A stretch of DNA of 64,000 nucleotides. It comes from Auanema rhodensis. Taxonomy: Eukaryota; Animalia; Nematoda. The notes beneath the pieces are model-generated. The model made no database searches. It saw nothing but the letters and a program-made list of their open reading frames with translations, and was not told the DNA's origin. The translations under genes and the position numbers were made by a program. Shown here piece after piece: positions 53,526-64,000 of this stretch (position 1 is its first letter; each line of letters opens with the position of its first letter). The stretch is taken from contig OZ059898.1 of the NCBI GenBank assembly GCA_964057225.1, positions 5,022,001-5,086,000 on the forward strand. The letters are read 5' to 3'.

Positions 53526-53903
53526 ATGCAGCCGGCAGTTGTGAATCGTCCGACACTAACGGATCCAAGAGGGATTCCGCCACCACCCCCATATCATGAA
53601 GTTGCTACGATCAGCGTGCGACCGGAAATTCCTTATTCCTGTCAGCCAGAATTATATCCATATTATATAGAACGAACAGCAGGTTAGTATATATTTTTTT
53701 CTGTTAATACATATATTATCATTTATCAGATAAAATAGAATTATCTCAATTTAATTTAATTTGCAGCAAGACCTCGTTGCACTCGTCGTCGATTCTTATT
53801 CCAACCTACAACTGCGCGACAATGGTTTTTAGTGTTTGCAATCCTATTCATTCCTGCACTTCTGATCACAATAATCCTAATGTGTACTTCCTTTGTTTTA
53901 TAA
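53526..53903 (+). CDS. 97-aa tail-anchored membrane protein with a PPxY motif (2 exons)
   Basis: Exons 53526-53682 and 53767-53903 splice in frame (294 nt): MQPAVVNRPTLTDPRGIPPPPPYHEV..RPRCTRRRF..WFLVFAILFIPALLITIILMCTSFVL*. TACAG acceptor 6 nt before the ATG and AATAAA at ~54003. Confidence 0.75.
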
Positions 53904-54014
53904 AGAAAGATCCGCTCATTTGGAACAAATTAATAAGAAATATAATCCTAAACTGAACAACTATGAAATGATTATAATATCATGTGATTTTATTAATTTA
54001 GTAATAAACCTGTC

Positions 54015-54018
<4 letters not shown>

Positions 54019-54056
<38 letters not shown>
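54019..54056. repeat. (AT)n microsatellite
   Basis: About 18 AT units. Confidence 0.9.
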
Positions 54057-54059
<3 letters not shown>

Positions 54060-55356
54060 AATATATTATTAATATATAGTTGGTATCAATAGTAGTTGTT
54101 ATTGTTGTTGTTTTTGCTATTTCGTTGCTATATTAGACGATCTCTATGTAAATTTCCTCATTATTTTTGCTGATACTGATAGTTTCTAATTTTATTTTCT
54201 TAAACCTTTAGTTATTTCTATACCTTGTATATTCTTGTACTAATATTACAAGTATAATGAAAGTGTATGACTGATCAATAAATTATATGCTTTTTTCTAT
54301 TTTATAAATCGTATTTTTCAATGTTTTTTTGGTTATTCCTCATGTTTTCTTCCCTGTTTGCTAGAGCAACGTATTTGTAACTATGCACACATTGTATATA
54401 TTACCGTCCTTTCTTCCTGATTTTTCGATATAAACTTGATTGTATCTTTTTTTTTGGTCTGTTAATGATCATCTAAAATTTAAAATATTGATAATATACT
54501 ATGAAATATACTACACATTTGAGTGTATACCATCGTATATCATAACTATCAAGCCTGTAAAGACTTTTGTTTCTCCGAAACATTTTTTCTTTCGATCATT
54601 AAAACTTTGCATTTATTATATTCTTTTATATTTGTGTTGTTTATATGTGTTATGAAATATGGTATTGATGTAGTGAACCAAAAAACTGAAAAATTATAAT
54701 CAAAATATAAATTGTTAAAGCTTCACAAGGCACAAAAGAAAATCAACAAAAAATTGTTCATTTCTTTTAAACGAATATAATGTAAAGATGAAACAATCAA
54801 AAGAGTAAGATTTAAAAGTTAATCTGAAGAACAGTTTGAAATGCTATGAATAAAGCAGATGAAATCAGCTACCGTGAAAGAGAACAACCTCAATTAAATT
54901 TTTTAATTAGAACTAACAGGCATGGATTTGAAGTTCAGATAGGAAGAACAGATAATAGGAATCTGCTCATATTAAGTAAAATCGGAATGAACGAATAACG
55001 CAATGGTTGAGGCTGATAGAAATTCAGAAAACTAGAAGCTATGTATATTATAGAAGTGAGTAAAGTAAGAAGAGTGGGATATACCAGGAAACGAGGGCGG
55101 AGGAAATAGGTGAAAAGTGTAGGTGGAAGCGTGACAGAAGAAGAATTTAAGCATATATTAAAGCATGATGATCCAAGTGTAAAAAGGAAGTTATAAGTTA
55201 ACAAGGTAAAAAATGTCGTAAAGGCTTCAGAAGATGCTGAACGATTTGAGCAGCACTAAAAGCATTTTCTCTCTGATATCCATAGTTGAAAATCAAACAG
55301 CAAGCATAGCAGGAAGCTCTTTCTGGCACTGTCATAATATCCTTTGTACTTGGTTA

Positions 55357-55943
55357 TTATCTTTCATCTTCTAAATATGAAGAATATGAAGAAATAAATT
55401 TGATCTGTTGATTACCTTGGAAAAGCTGCTGGTATGCAACCATTTGATTGAGAGCTTTTTGCCAAGAATTTCCATTCCAAGAATTTATTTGATGTGGATC
55501 ACGGAGCATGTTGACAACTATAAATTCTGCACAACAAATAAACGGAAGTCTAACTACTTTTTCCGTAAAAGGTCAAAAAGATTCTGAAGACTACTAAGAA
55601 GACATGTACGTTAATGAATGTTGTTATGAAGACCACGTGAAGGTGGTGAACATTCAAATGTTTTATTTGATTTTTTCTCCTCCAATTTCTATTATTTTTT
55701 GTTATACATTGAGAGGGAAAAGTTTAAATATACTTATATGAATAGCTGTTTACTATTATAATTATTAAAATTTGATCTATTACTGCAGAAAATGCTTTTA
55801 AACTCACTTAAACAGTTTTCCCCTCCTGCCCATTTACGGTTTGCACACATATAACCTGATGGACGTGCAGAAGTGCTTGGAAGGAGATTCAAGAAAATAC
55901 ATGCAGCCAGAATACATGTCTTAAATACCGTTAATCGACACAT
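55357..55943 (-). CDS. 86-aa secreted peptide precursor (3 exons)
   Basis: Exons 55808-55943, 55416-55526 and 55357-55370 splice in frame (261 nt): signal peptide MCRLTVFKTCILAACIFLNLLPSTSA, then RPSGYMCANRKWAGGENCLKFIVVNMLRDPHQINSWNGNSWQKALNQMVAYQQLFQEDER*. TTTCCAG acceptor 1 nt before the ATG. Confidence 0.75.
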
Positions 55944-58900
55944 TCTGGAAAAATATATTTTATAGAAATACTAAACGACAAAATATAAAAAAAGTTAAAA
56001 TAGATCGTATAAGTAATGTTTTCTTTAGCATTGATCATGTTATATGAAAACACATATATGATTTGCTAAAAGTATCTTAATTGAGATGAACATGTATAAG
56101 TGTGAAAGAGTCTAATAGAAGGACAAAAATCATAACTAAGGCAAGTGTCACAGCACACATTGAAGCTTGTATGAATCAAAACTGAATAGATAGGATTGAA
56201 TGAAAAAGGTCAGGCGTTAATATATTGGATTCAATTGAAATGACGTCAGTTGTTAGTGACGTTTGTCTCTGAGTTCATTTGAAGTCGCAATCACACGCTT
56301 CTTTGCTGAATTGATGAGATCTGAGTGGGGCAAATATTAAAGATCGGCATCTTAGAACTGATTATGATTAGATGCTGCTAGGCTTGAATATAGAGAATGA
56401 GACAAGTTTGTAGTTAAAGAGGCGGAGCGAATTACGACACAACAACAGATGAATAGAAAAGAAAAAAGTTATATTTAGAAAAATGTATAGATAGGATTGA
56501 ATAAAAATGAATGTAAGAACAGAAAATGGTAAAATTTTCGATAGATTCGTTTTCTTCTGAAAAGTTTCAAATGGAGCATAGAACTCGTTTAGAAACAATA
56601 TTTTGTATGTATTGTGGAGTCTGCCGAATTGAAAGATAGTTGTTGGAAAATGAGCTGCCAATCTACGTGAGAAACATCCGGAAAAGAGGAAATTGCAATT
56701 CAGGACTTGGCGTATTAAGCTTATGCTCTTTGTCATTCTCTCCTTTACTCCTTCTCTCTGGCATTTTTTTCTAGCTTCTCCGGTTTCCGCCAAAATATTC
56801 TTCCTTCTCTTTGATCCTGGAATCATTTTATTGAAATATAGCCCAGTGAGATGATTAACAGCTCAATAAATCTAAATGAATTATGATAACAGGTTACTGG
56901 CACTATTATCTTTAAATTTTTGAGAAGGCATTAGAGAACTTATTATTCAATACTTTTCCTTTCTATTGACTGTTTAATTCGTTGGTATTCCAATAGATAG
57001 AAGAGAAATTTTAAAATAAGACTATGGTTTCTTGATATCTATAGTGAGGAGGCGGTTATGAAAAGGGGTAGCTTTTAAGCCCGAATACAAATTACAGAAA
57101 GATTCTGGAGAACATGGAGAATAGATTCTGAAGTAAAAGCAATTTTTCATGCATTCGTTAGTTTTCAATACACTTAAAAGTGACAATGAAGTCTACCGTG
57201 TAGTAGTCGAAGTCATCTGAATTGCTCGCCTCCAGATATGTCTGTAAATATTCAATAATCTTAAAATAAAGAAAGATTGAGCTAAAAGGAGAAAGATTAA
57301 ATACAACATAATTTGAAATTCTCAATATAGAACCAATGAACCTCACACTATACAACAGACTTCAACATCCGAGATCGCAACAACCACTAACACGATTGGG
57401 TAGGCAGATCTTGACCACGTAGTGAATTATTGAGCAAGATGTTCGAATAAAACTTTCACTCGGGGAAAATAATGACATAAGAACAAGCTATAATAATAAT
57501 TTTTCCTATGTAAATATGAAAATAAAATTTTTTTCCTGATTTCTATTTTTTAGGATAAGCAAATGAGTGTAAGAATACGATATCACAGGTCATTCCTCAG
57601 TAATCGCCAACGTTTGATACGTTTTGGTAGGATTACGTTGCTATTTATCATGCAAATAGATCAGAAATTTAAAAAATATATCTACAAATGGACTTCTACG
57701 AGAAACCCAATTCCTTGTGAACTTAATTCAAAACAATATTATTGTTTGTTCAGCTATAAACTACAGCTCCTTTTAAATTTGCTCATGAAGCAGAACATAT
57801 CTTAATAATATCTAATTAGCTAATTAATATTATATTGAACCTATGCTTTCGAAGACAAAATATACAAAATATGATATGTCCAGTAATATGTACTATCTGA
57901 GGACGCAATGTAGTAGGGATTCAAGTAAGTTTTGAATAAAAGTTTTTTTGATCCTTGATTGTAGAATACAATAAAATAAATAACAAGCAAAGTATAATAC
58001 ACTTTCAATATAATTCAATAAACTTCTATCGTCATATATATAAGACGGAAATATATTCTATAGTGTGAAAAGGTCACGTTGATCACTACGTGAGTAGAAT
58101 AGTATTAATTTTAACTATGAGAATAAAGTGAACGGTTGTATGCTGTCTGATGCTGTTCAAGAGTCTTTGATCTTAAAGTAAAACCCAACAGAAAAGGAAA
58201 CTGAAAAAGTTAAACAAAACCAACTACTACTTTGTCTTACAACATTAGCATGAGGTGGTCAATAAATATTTCAACGTATGCTTTCATACTATTTGGAAAT
58301 TCATAGTCGAACTTCTGAATCCAGATTTATGATTTGATGTTATGCATGAGGACACTTCTAGTATTGGACTTCATGATCTTTTTTCTTTATTTTAGTTTAT
58401 TCGCTTGGCTATTTTCATAATTCCTCTTGTTTCACTTCTGACAACAATATTTTTTGCTTTAATCATTTCATTTTCTTGCATGCTCAACTTGTCAACTTTA
58501 ACTATTACGAGTTGACTGGTTTTAATTCCTCGAAAACCTGAAGCAATAAATGAAAACATTCTTATGGAAATGATTAACTGCTAAAGTTTTTCAGTAAAAT
58601 AAGAGTCAATTTTTCGAAACTTCATATTTTGTTTAACTATATACAAAAAACTCAATATCATTATCTTAGCCAAAGATCATATTAAATATTCTTTTATTTC
58701 AAATCGAGCAACTAAGAAGTCTCCAAACGGATATTGCTGTAGTAGCTCGATTAAGATTTGACACGAAGATTTTCCCGACACACTTATTTATGAGAAAAAA
58801 GAAAAGAAGATGAGAGGGACCACAACAGATAAAACTCAGAATTGCGTGAGCGGCATGTTAAAAATTCTGGCGAAATTCCAAAGCATGGCACATCCTGTAA

Positions 58901-60027
58901 AAGAAATGATGCAAAATCAAAACATCTTAAAACAAGCAACAATTAATGAAAATATTACATAAATAATGGTATGAGTATTATATATAATTAATTTAAATGT
59001 ATGTGATGTTTTGCCAAACAATTGAACTGATTTCTAATTTCAATAGAATAATTGACATTTTCATTTGAATTAATGGAACTAAGGTCTTTCTAGCTATTAC
59101 CAAAAATAACTCACACGAGATGAAAATATAATTGATGAAAGAGAAAAAATAAAATAATCGCTTATTATCTTTTAGCCTTTCGACAGAGTGTCAAAAAACT
59201 GCAAACTACTGCTGTGTGACATCACCAACATCTATTTAAAGAGAATTTAAAAAAAGGGAAAAAAGTTGTTTTCATTCTAAACAATACATCTATAGAAAAT
59301 GAGCAGCTCAGGTTGAAGGTTCAGAATAAAAAAGTTAAAAAAACGTAAAAAGTTGGCAATATGGTATGTACATATGCCACTTGTTGCTAAAAACTTGTAA
59401 TCAGTTTACAACTATTTCTAGCATGCAAATGGGAACAATTTTTCAGTTAGTTTGTAAGATTATCCTGTAGGGTGATAATTTATAAGCATTTGCAATTTGC
59501 TGTAGGTGAAGTCATTTCGTGACACGAAACCGATGAAATATGTATTATCCGAAAAAAAGTTGGTAACTGCACATTCGAGGCTTAAAATATGTATAGAACT
59601 GATGCTATAATTGCATAGAACTACCATCACCTTTATGCCTTAATTATGTTTTCATCACGATGTCTTTGTTTTTAGGAATAGCTTCGACTAAACACAAATA
59701 AGGAACCTAACTTTTTTCTATTAGCTTTAGTTTAATTCAATGAGAAAGAACAACTGTGATTTTAGAGTTCAAATATTTAAATTAATCATGTTTATTTACT
59801 GATAACAAAAAGGGAAAATATAAATAAAAATTACATCGTTCAATTGTATAGCAATAGATATAAAAAATACACCCGATTAAATCTTCTTGGAATTATGCCT
59901 AGCAATGATGAGGATCATTGTTCTGACTTAAAAACTATAAGCCAGGAGTTATATTTTTTCTTGAATAAACACAAGAAAGGTTAAGCTCATTAAAACAAGA
60001 AAAATTCAACTATTCGGTCTTATCGAA

Positions 60028-61973
60028 TTAACTTTCTTGAAAGCACCATGAATTCAGAAAAACTAATGATGCATTAGGTAATAAAAAGGCAGAATGATCG
60101 TCTGATTCGTGTATAAAGCATCCATTTGAGTGGAGCCGTTTCAAACTATCATAAATTCTCTGAAATAAGTAGTACTCTCATAAAGTATAAGCACAAAAAT
60201 AACTTCTTTAAACATATTTCTGGTTCCGCCTTCATCGACTACAATAATATCTGACCAATCCTTTAATTGAATGTATTTTTTTATAAAAAAAAAGCTTACA
60301 TACCATTATAGGAATCCATGTATCTGGTTTCATATCAACCATCCTACATAAGTTGATCACATCTTCTTCAATGAGAAGTTCAATAGATGGTTGGAAGGAA
60401 TCACAAATATTATTATATTCATATGATGTGATGCATGATAAAGCAGCCCAGCCTTCCTTATTAGCTTTCATGATGTTTTCAACTAATCTGAAAAATCTTT
60501 CAGTTTAGAAAAAAAAGATAGAAGTACCTATTTCTACTTCGATTTGATTTTTTCACCAACTTTTCCAGAATTGAAGGAATACCAGAAGTGCTCTCATAGA
60601 CTATAATAGTTACATCCTGGATATCCTAGATATATATATATAAGATATGTTAATGAGTGATGTAAAAATAAAAACCTCACTACAACTTATTGGCAAAAAT
60701 TTATTAAGATATTGATTTACTTCGGTTTCTGTGAAACCTCCAACAGAAACGATGTTGACAGGAGAAGTCGCAGCACCAAAAATATCCAAATTTCTAGTGG
60801 TCACAATAACCCTTGCCTTAACAAGGAAATAAAAAAATACAGAAAAATATTATGTTCGAAAACATACACCAAGTTGATCTAGCCAGCGGACTGTATCGAC
60901 AATTCTAACATCATCGATAAAAAGCAATGTATCTGGCTTGTCAAGTAAAGCCTCAGTTAGCTAAACCACTAAGTAGACTGTGTCCGGAAAAAAAACTCAA
61001 CCTTTTTTCTGATTGCTACTAAGGATAAATCTTTTGCGGATGGAGTATATAATGATGGTTCGTCACTGGGATGAATTTTTTTAGTTTTTAGGACTTTTTC
61101 AGATTTCCTTACGTCAACATGATCAGCAAATCTGTTAGAAAGTATTTCACTTGATCTGGTGTGTTACTCGAATCTCGAAGATAAAAAACACTACGATAAT
61201 ACCTGAAAAACAATAGTGCTTGGCAAAATCAACAGAACCTGACATTCCTATTAATTCAGGATCTGTAGACAAAGTCGCAGACACCAAAGACGTTTTTCCG
61301 CTTCCAGCCATGCCGTGAATTATCGTGAAACAACTATCTAGAAATAGAAAAAGTAAAAGAGATTTAAGCTAAAAGACACACCTAGGCCAGTGCTATCTTT
61401 CAAAATATCGGAAACAGTTTTCATAGTAGACTCTCTATGAATAATATTACGCACAGATGGAACCTATTATAATACTTGAACAGGAGAAATAAAGGTTCAA
61501 ATCTACCTGCCCTGCTAATAATACATTTAGTTTACGTTCTTTACTAAGTGGTGGCTTCAAAGAAGTTTTCCTAAAGAAAAGATGTCAAACAAGACATGAC
61601 TAGCTATTTTCAGTTAAACAGAATTTATCACAACTCACGTATCAGTAGATTGCAATGAACGTATTCCATTTTCCAAAAACTCAGCAATATGATCTTGCTT
61701 ATTATACAGAAAATATTTCAATATTGGATTTAAACTATCAGATTCTCGTATATAAACACGGAAGAATTCTCTTACACGCTCGAGTCTCGTTGGCTAAACA
61801 TTTAATCAACAAATCATTTCATCTAATATAACCTTTATTTCCACTCTTTCTGAAAGATCTTGGTTTAAAGTGCCATTAGCTTCAAGATATATTAAAGCAT
61901 CTCTAGGCTCAAAATCCTGCAAAAACGTTTCTGCTGCAGAATATAAAATGGAACGTTCACTTTCTGACAACAT
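60028..61973 (-). CDS. ced-4: CED-4 / Apaf-1-like caspase activator (CARD + NB-ARC)
   Basis: CARD MLSESERSIL..QDFEPRDALIYLE..TRLERVREFFRVY..YNKQDHIAEFLE; LLAGQVP; Walker A HGMAGSGKTS; Walker B LLFIDDV; sensor IVTTRN; LSCITSYEY; DSLKRL; stop 60028-60030. Confidence 0.92.
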
Positions 61974-62484
61974 TCTATAACATATATTTTCGTGTAGACT
62001 GATAGCAATTAAGAGATAGTTATCAGATTTAACAACCTAAGAACATTTCTAAGTATATAATTAACATTTATTACATGTTCTGCCTTATTTGGTATGGCTG
62101 ATTACAAATGGAGGAGGTAAGAAGAGGTACCGATTCTCTGTAATTATATGAAAACTGGTGGAGTAAATACAAGGACCCAACTATGAAAGGTCACCGGCTG
62201 GTACACATAACAAAAACATTACCAGGGTAAAAAGTATAACAAAGAGAAGAATATAAATGTTTAAACTGATACAGAACAATTTGAAACCCGTTGAATTAGT
62301 ATAGTAGTCGGCATATACACAATCCAAAAAATGAGATGAAATGATAATTGGAAGACAAATAACAACGATGCAAAATAAATAAATGTCTATGAAAGAGGAT
62401 GTTGTGGATGTCCTGAAGATTCTTGCGAATCAGAAGCTGAGCTACTGGCCGACTGTAAAAATTACAAATTACAGTAGGCAGTAT

Positions 62485-64000
62485 TTATTGGGGACCTACC
62501 GCCGGTAATGAAGAAGACTGGGAGGGAGTATTCTGTTGCATCTGCAACTGTGGCGGCTGATGATTAGCTTGTGAATGTGTCGTTTGCTGAGAAGATTGGG
62601 GAGAAGGTGTGAAACTTTGGGAACTTGGCTGAGTTTGACTATTTTGTGAAGCAGGACTAGGACTAGGTTCCGAAGAAGGAACAACGACCGAAGGGGTTAG
62701 TTGTGGTGGTTGCGATGAATGTTGCTGAGACTGCTGCATGGAAGGTGGAGCTATTACAACCTATAGACAAAATAAAATTTAGAAATGTTTTCACTATTTA
62801 ACTACCTGTGCAACTGTTTGGGGAGAACCTCCTCTAGAAGGAACATTCATACCACGGGTTAAAAGCTGCCTAGTCATAGGAGCTCCAGTATGCCCTACAA
62901 ATAAATTTACATTATTCAAGTTTTTATAGTATTATCCTACGATTACCTTGAACAATTTGAGAACCACTTCTGGCATTTGGAGCCATTACCATTATACGGG
63001 AACCAGGAGGTAGGTTAGCAGGATTACGTGGAACAGCTCTAACTTGTTGGATCGGGGCAGCACGACCAGGCATCACCATGGTGGTAAGTTGCTGAATAAC
63101 AAGTTTAAGCAAAAAAAAATAGAGACTTTTCTTACCGGATTGTTAGGACTATTATTCATAGTTGTTCGTCGTGGGGGTAACCGTGTATTTGGTATCATTC
63201 GTACATTCGATTGCATCACATATCCACGTTCCGATATTGTTCCAGATCCTTGTGTCATATACATTCGAGTCCCAGTACCCTATAGTAGAAAATAAAATTA
63301 GGTATTCTGATATAATATTTTATACCCTTGGTACAACTCTTCCCGGAGCCTGTCTTTGAATTCCAGCAGGTATAGTCTGAGCACATGTAGTATAAACATT
63401 AGACGAATTTGGATTAGCAGATGTGAACCCTCCACCCGATTGTCCACCGCTGGTCACATAGCCAACTGGGGCACGAGTCATGCCAGTAGTAATCGGTGTG
63501 TTAGGAGGAGTTCGACGAGCAGGAGGACCAGTAAAGCTTCGGAAAACTTGATTAACTCCTTGACCGCCTGCTTCTTGACGCTGAAACAGATTTAGCTTAA
63601 CTATCAATATTAACATTTAAACACAAACTCGTATTCCAGGTACATTACTGTCATGACCAACTACCACATAACCTTGTTGTGCAGTTTGCTGCTGCTGCAT
63701 ATTATGAGCGTAATTGCTGCTTATTGAGCCAACACGACGTGCCAATGCAGGCTGAGTATATGTAACCTTAAATGAAGTTAGTCATTATAATGAAGACATG
63801 AAACAAAATTACCACGTTGTGTTCTTGCTGCATAGACGATTGAATACTCTGTGGAGGAGGTGCAGGAGGTCTGACGGGCTAAAAATAAATATAATTATTA
63901 GAAGTGGGTATGATACCATATAATACCTGAAGAGGTACAACCTCCAAAACAAAAGGAGCTTTAGAGACAACGCTGCCTGTTCCTGCAGTAACCGCAGGTG
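62485..64000 (-). CDS. 3' part of a gene with a long Q/P/G/S-rich low-complexity C-terminus (5' end outside window)
   Basis: Consecutive in-frame exons with short introns: PVRPPAPPPQSIQ, RQEAGGQGVNQVFRSF, GTGTRMYMTQGSG, QQVRAVPRNPANLPPG, MQQSQQHSSQPPQ..AVGPQ*; no folded domain visible. Confidence 0.8.

Noticed and set aside
57020-58900. Scattered exon-like segments (TYLEASNSDDFDYY; GFRGIKTSQLVIVK)
   Set aside because: Could not assemble a start-to-stop gene or recognise a domain
60100-60130. Apparent frameshift in the last ced-4 exon
   Set aside because: Re-reading gives an intact frame (NGCFIHESDD)
62485-64000. Assignment of the Q/P-rich gene to ssl-1/p400
   Set aside because: Only compositional resemblance; no diagnostic domain in the window
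1-64000. Prokaryotic systems (CRISPR arrays, defence islands)
   Set aside because: Sequence is spliced nematode DNA with no repeat-spacer array

Overview
AT-rich, intron-dense eukaryotic DNA from a rhabditid-type nematode (40-50 nt GT-AG introns, TTTCAG-type acceptors, trans-splice-like acceptors just before ATGs). Most of the ORF track is exon fragments or antisense shadows, so genes were rebuilt by hand-splicing; orthology calls rest on recalled C. elegans sequences, not a database search. The left half is one ~29-kb minus-strand pat-12/gei-16 hemidesmosome locus with several alternative first exons, microexons, cassette exons, internal terminal exons and an intronic tRNA-Met. Next come a Merlin-like MITE with an 8-bp TSD, a tail-to-tail pair of 2xC2H2+CFP zinc-finger genes, and a probable operon (ksr-1 > mrpl-17 > LRRC47 > zinc finger). 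The right part holds a ZP/cuticlin-like gene, two tandem tRNA-derived SINE-like copies, two small spliced genes (a PPxY tail-anchored membrane protein and a secreted peptide), ced-4, and the 3' end of a Q/P-rich gene. The best novelty candidate is an internal alternative first exon of ksr-1 ([12 protein letters not shown]) that would replace the CC-SAM region with a lipid-anchor-like N-terminus.
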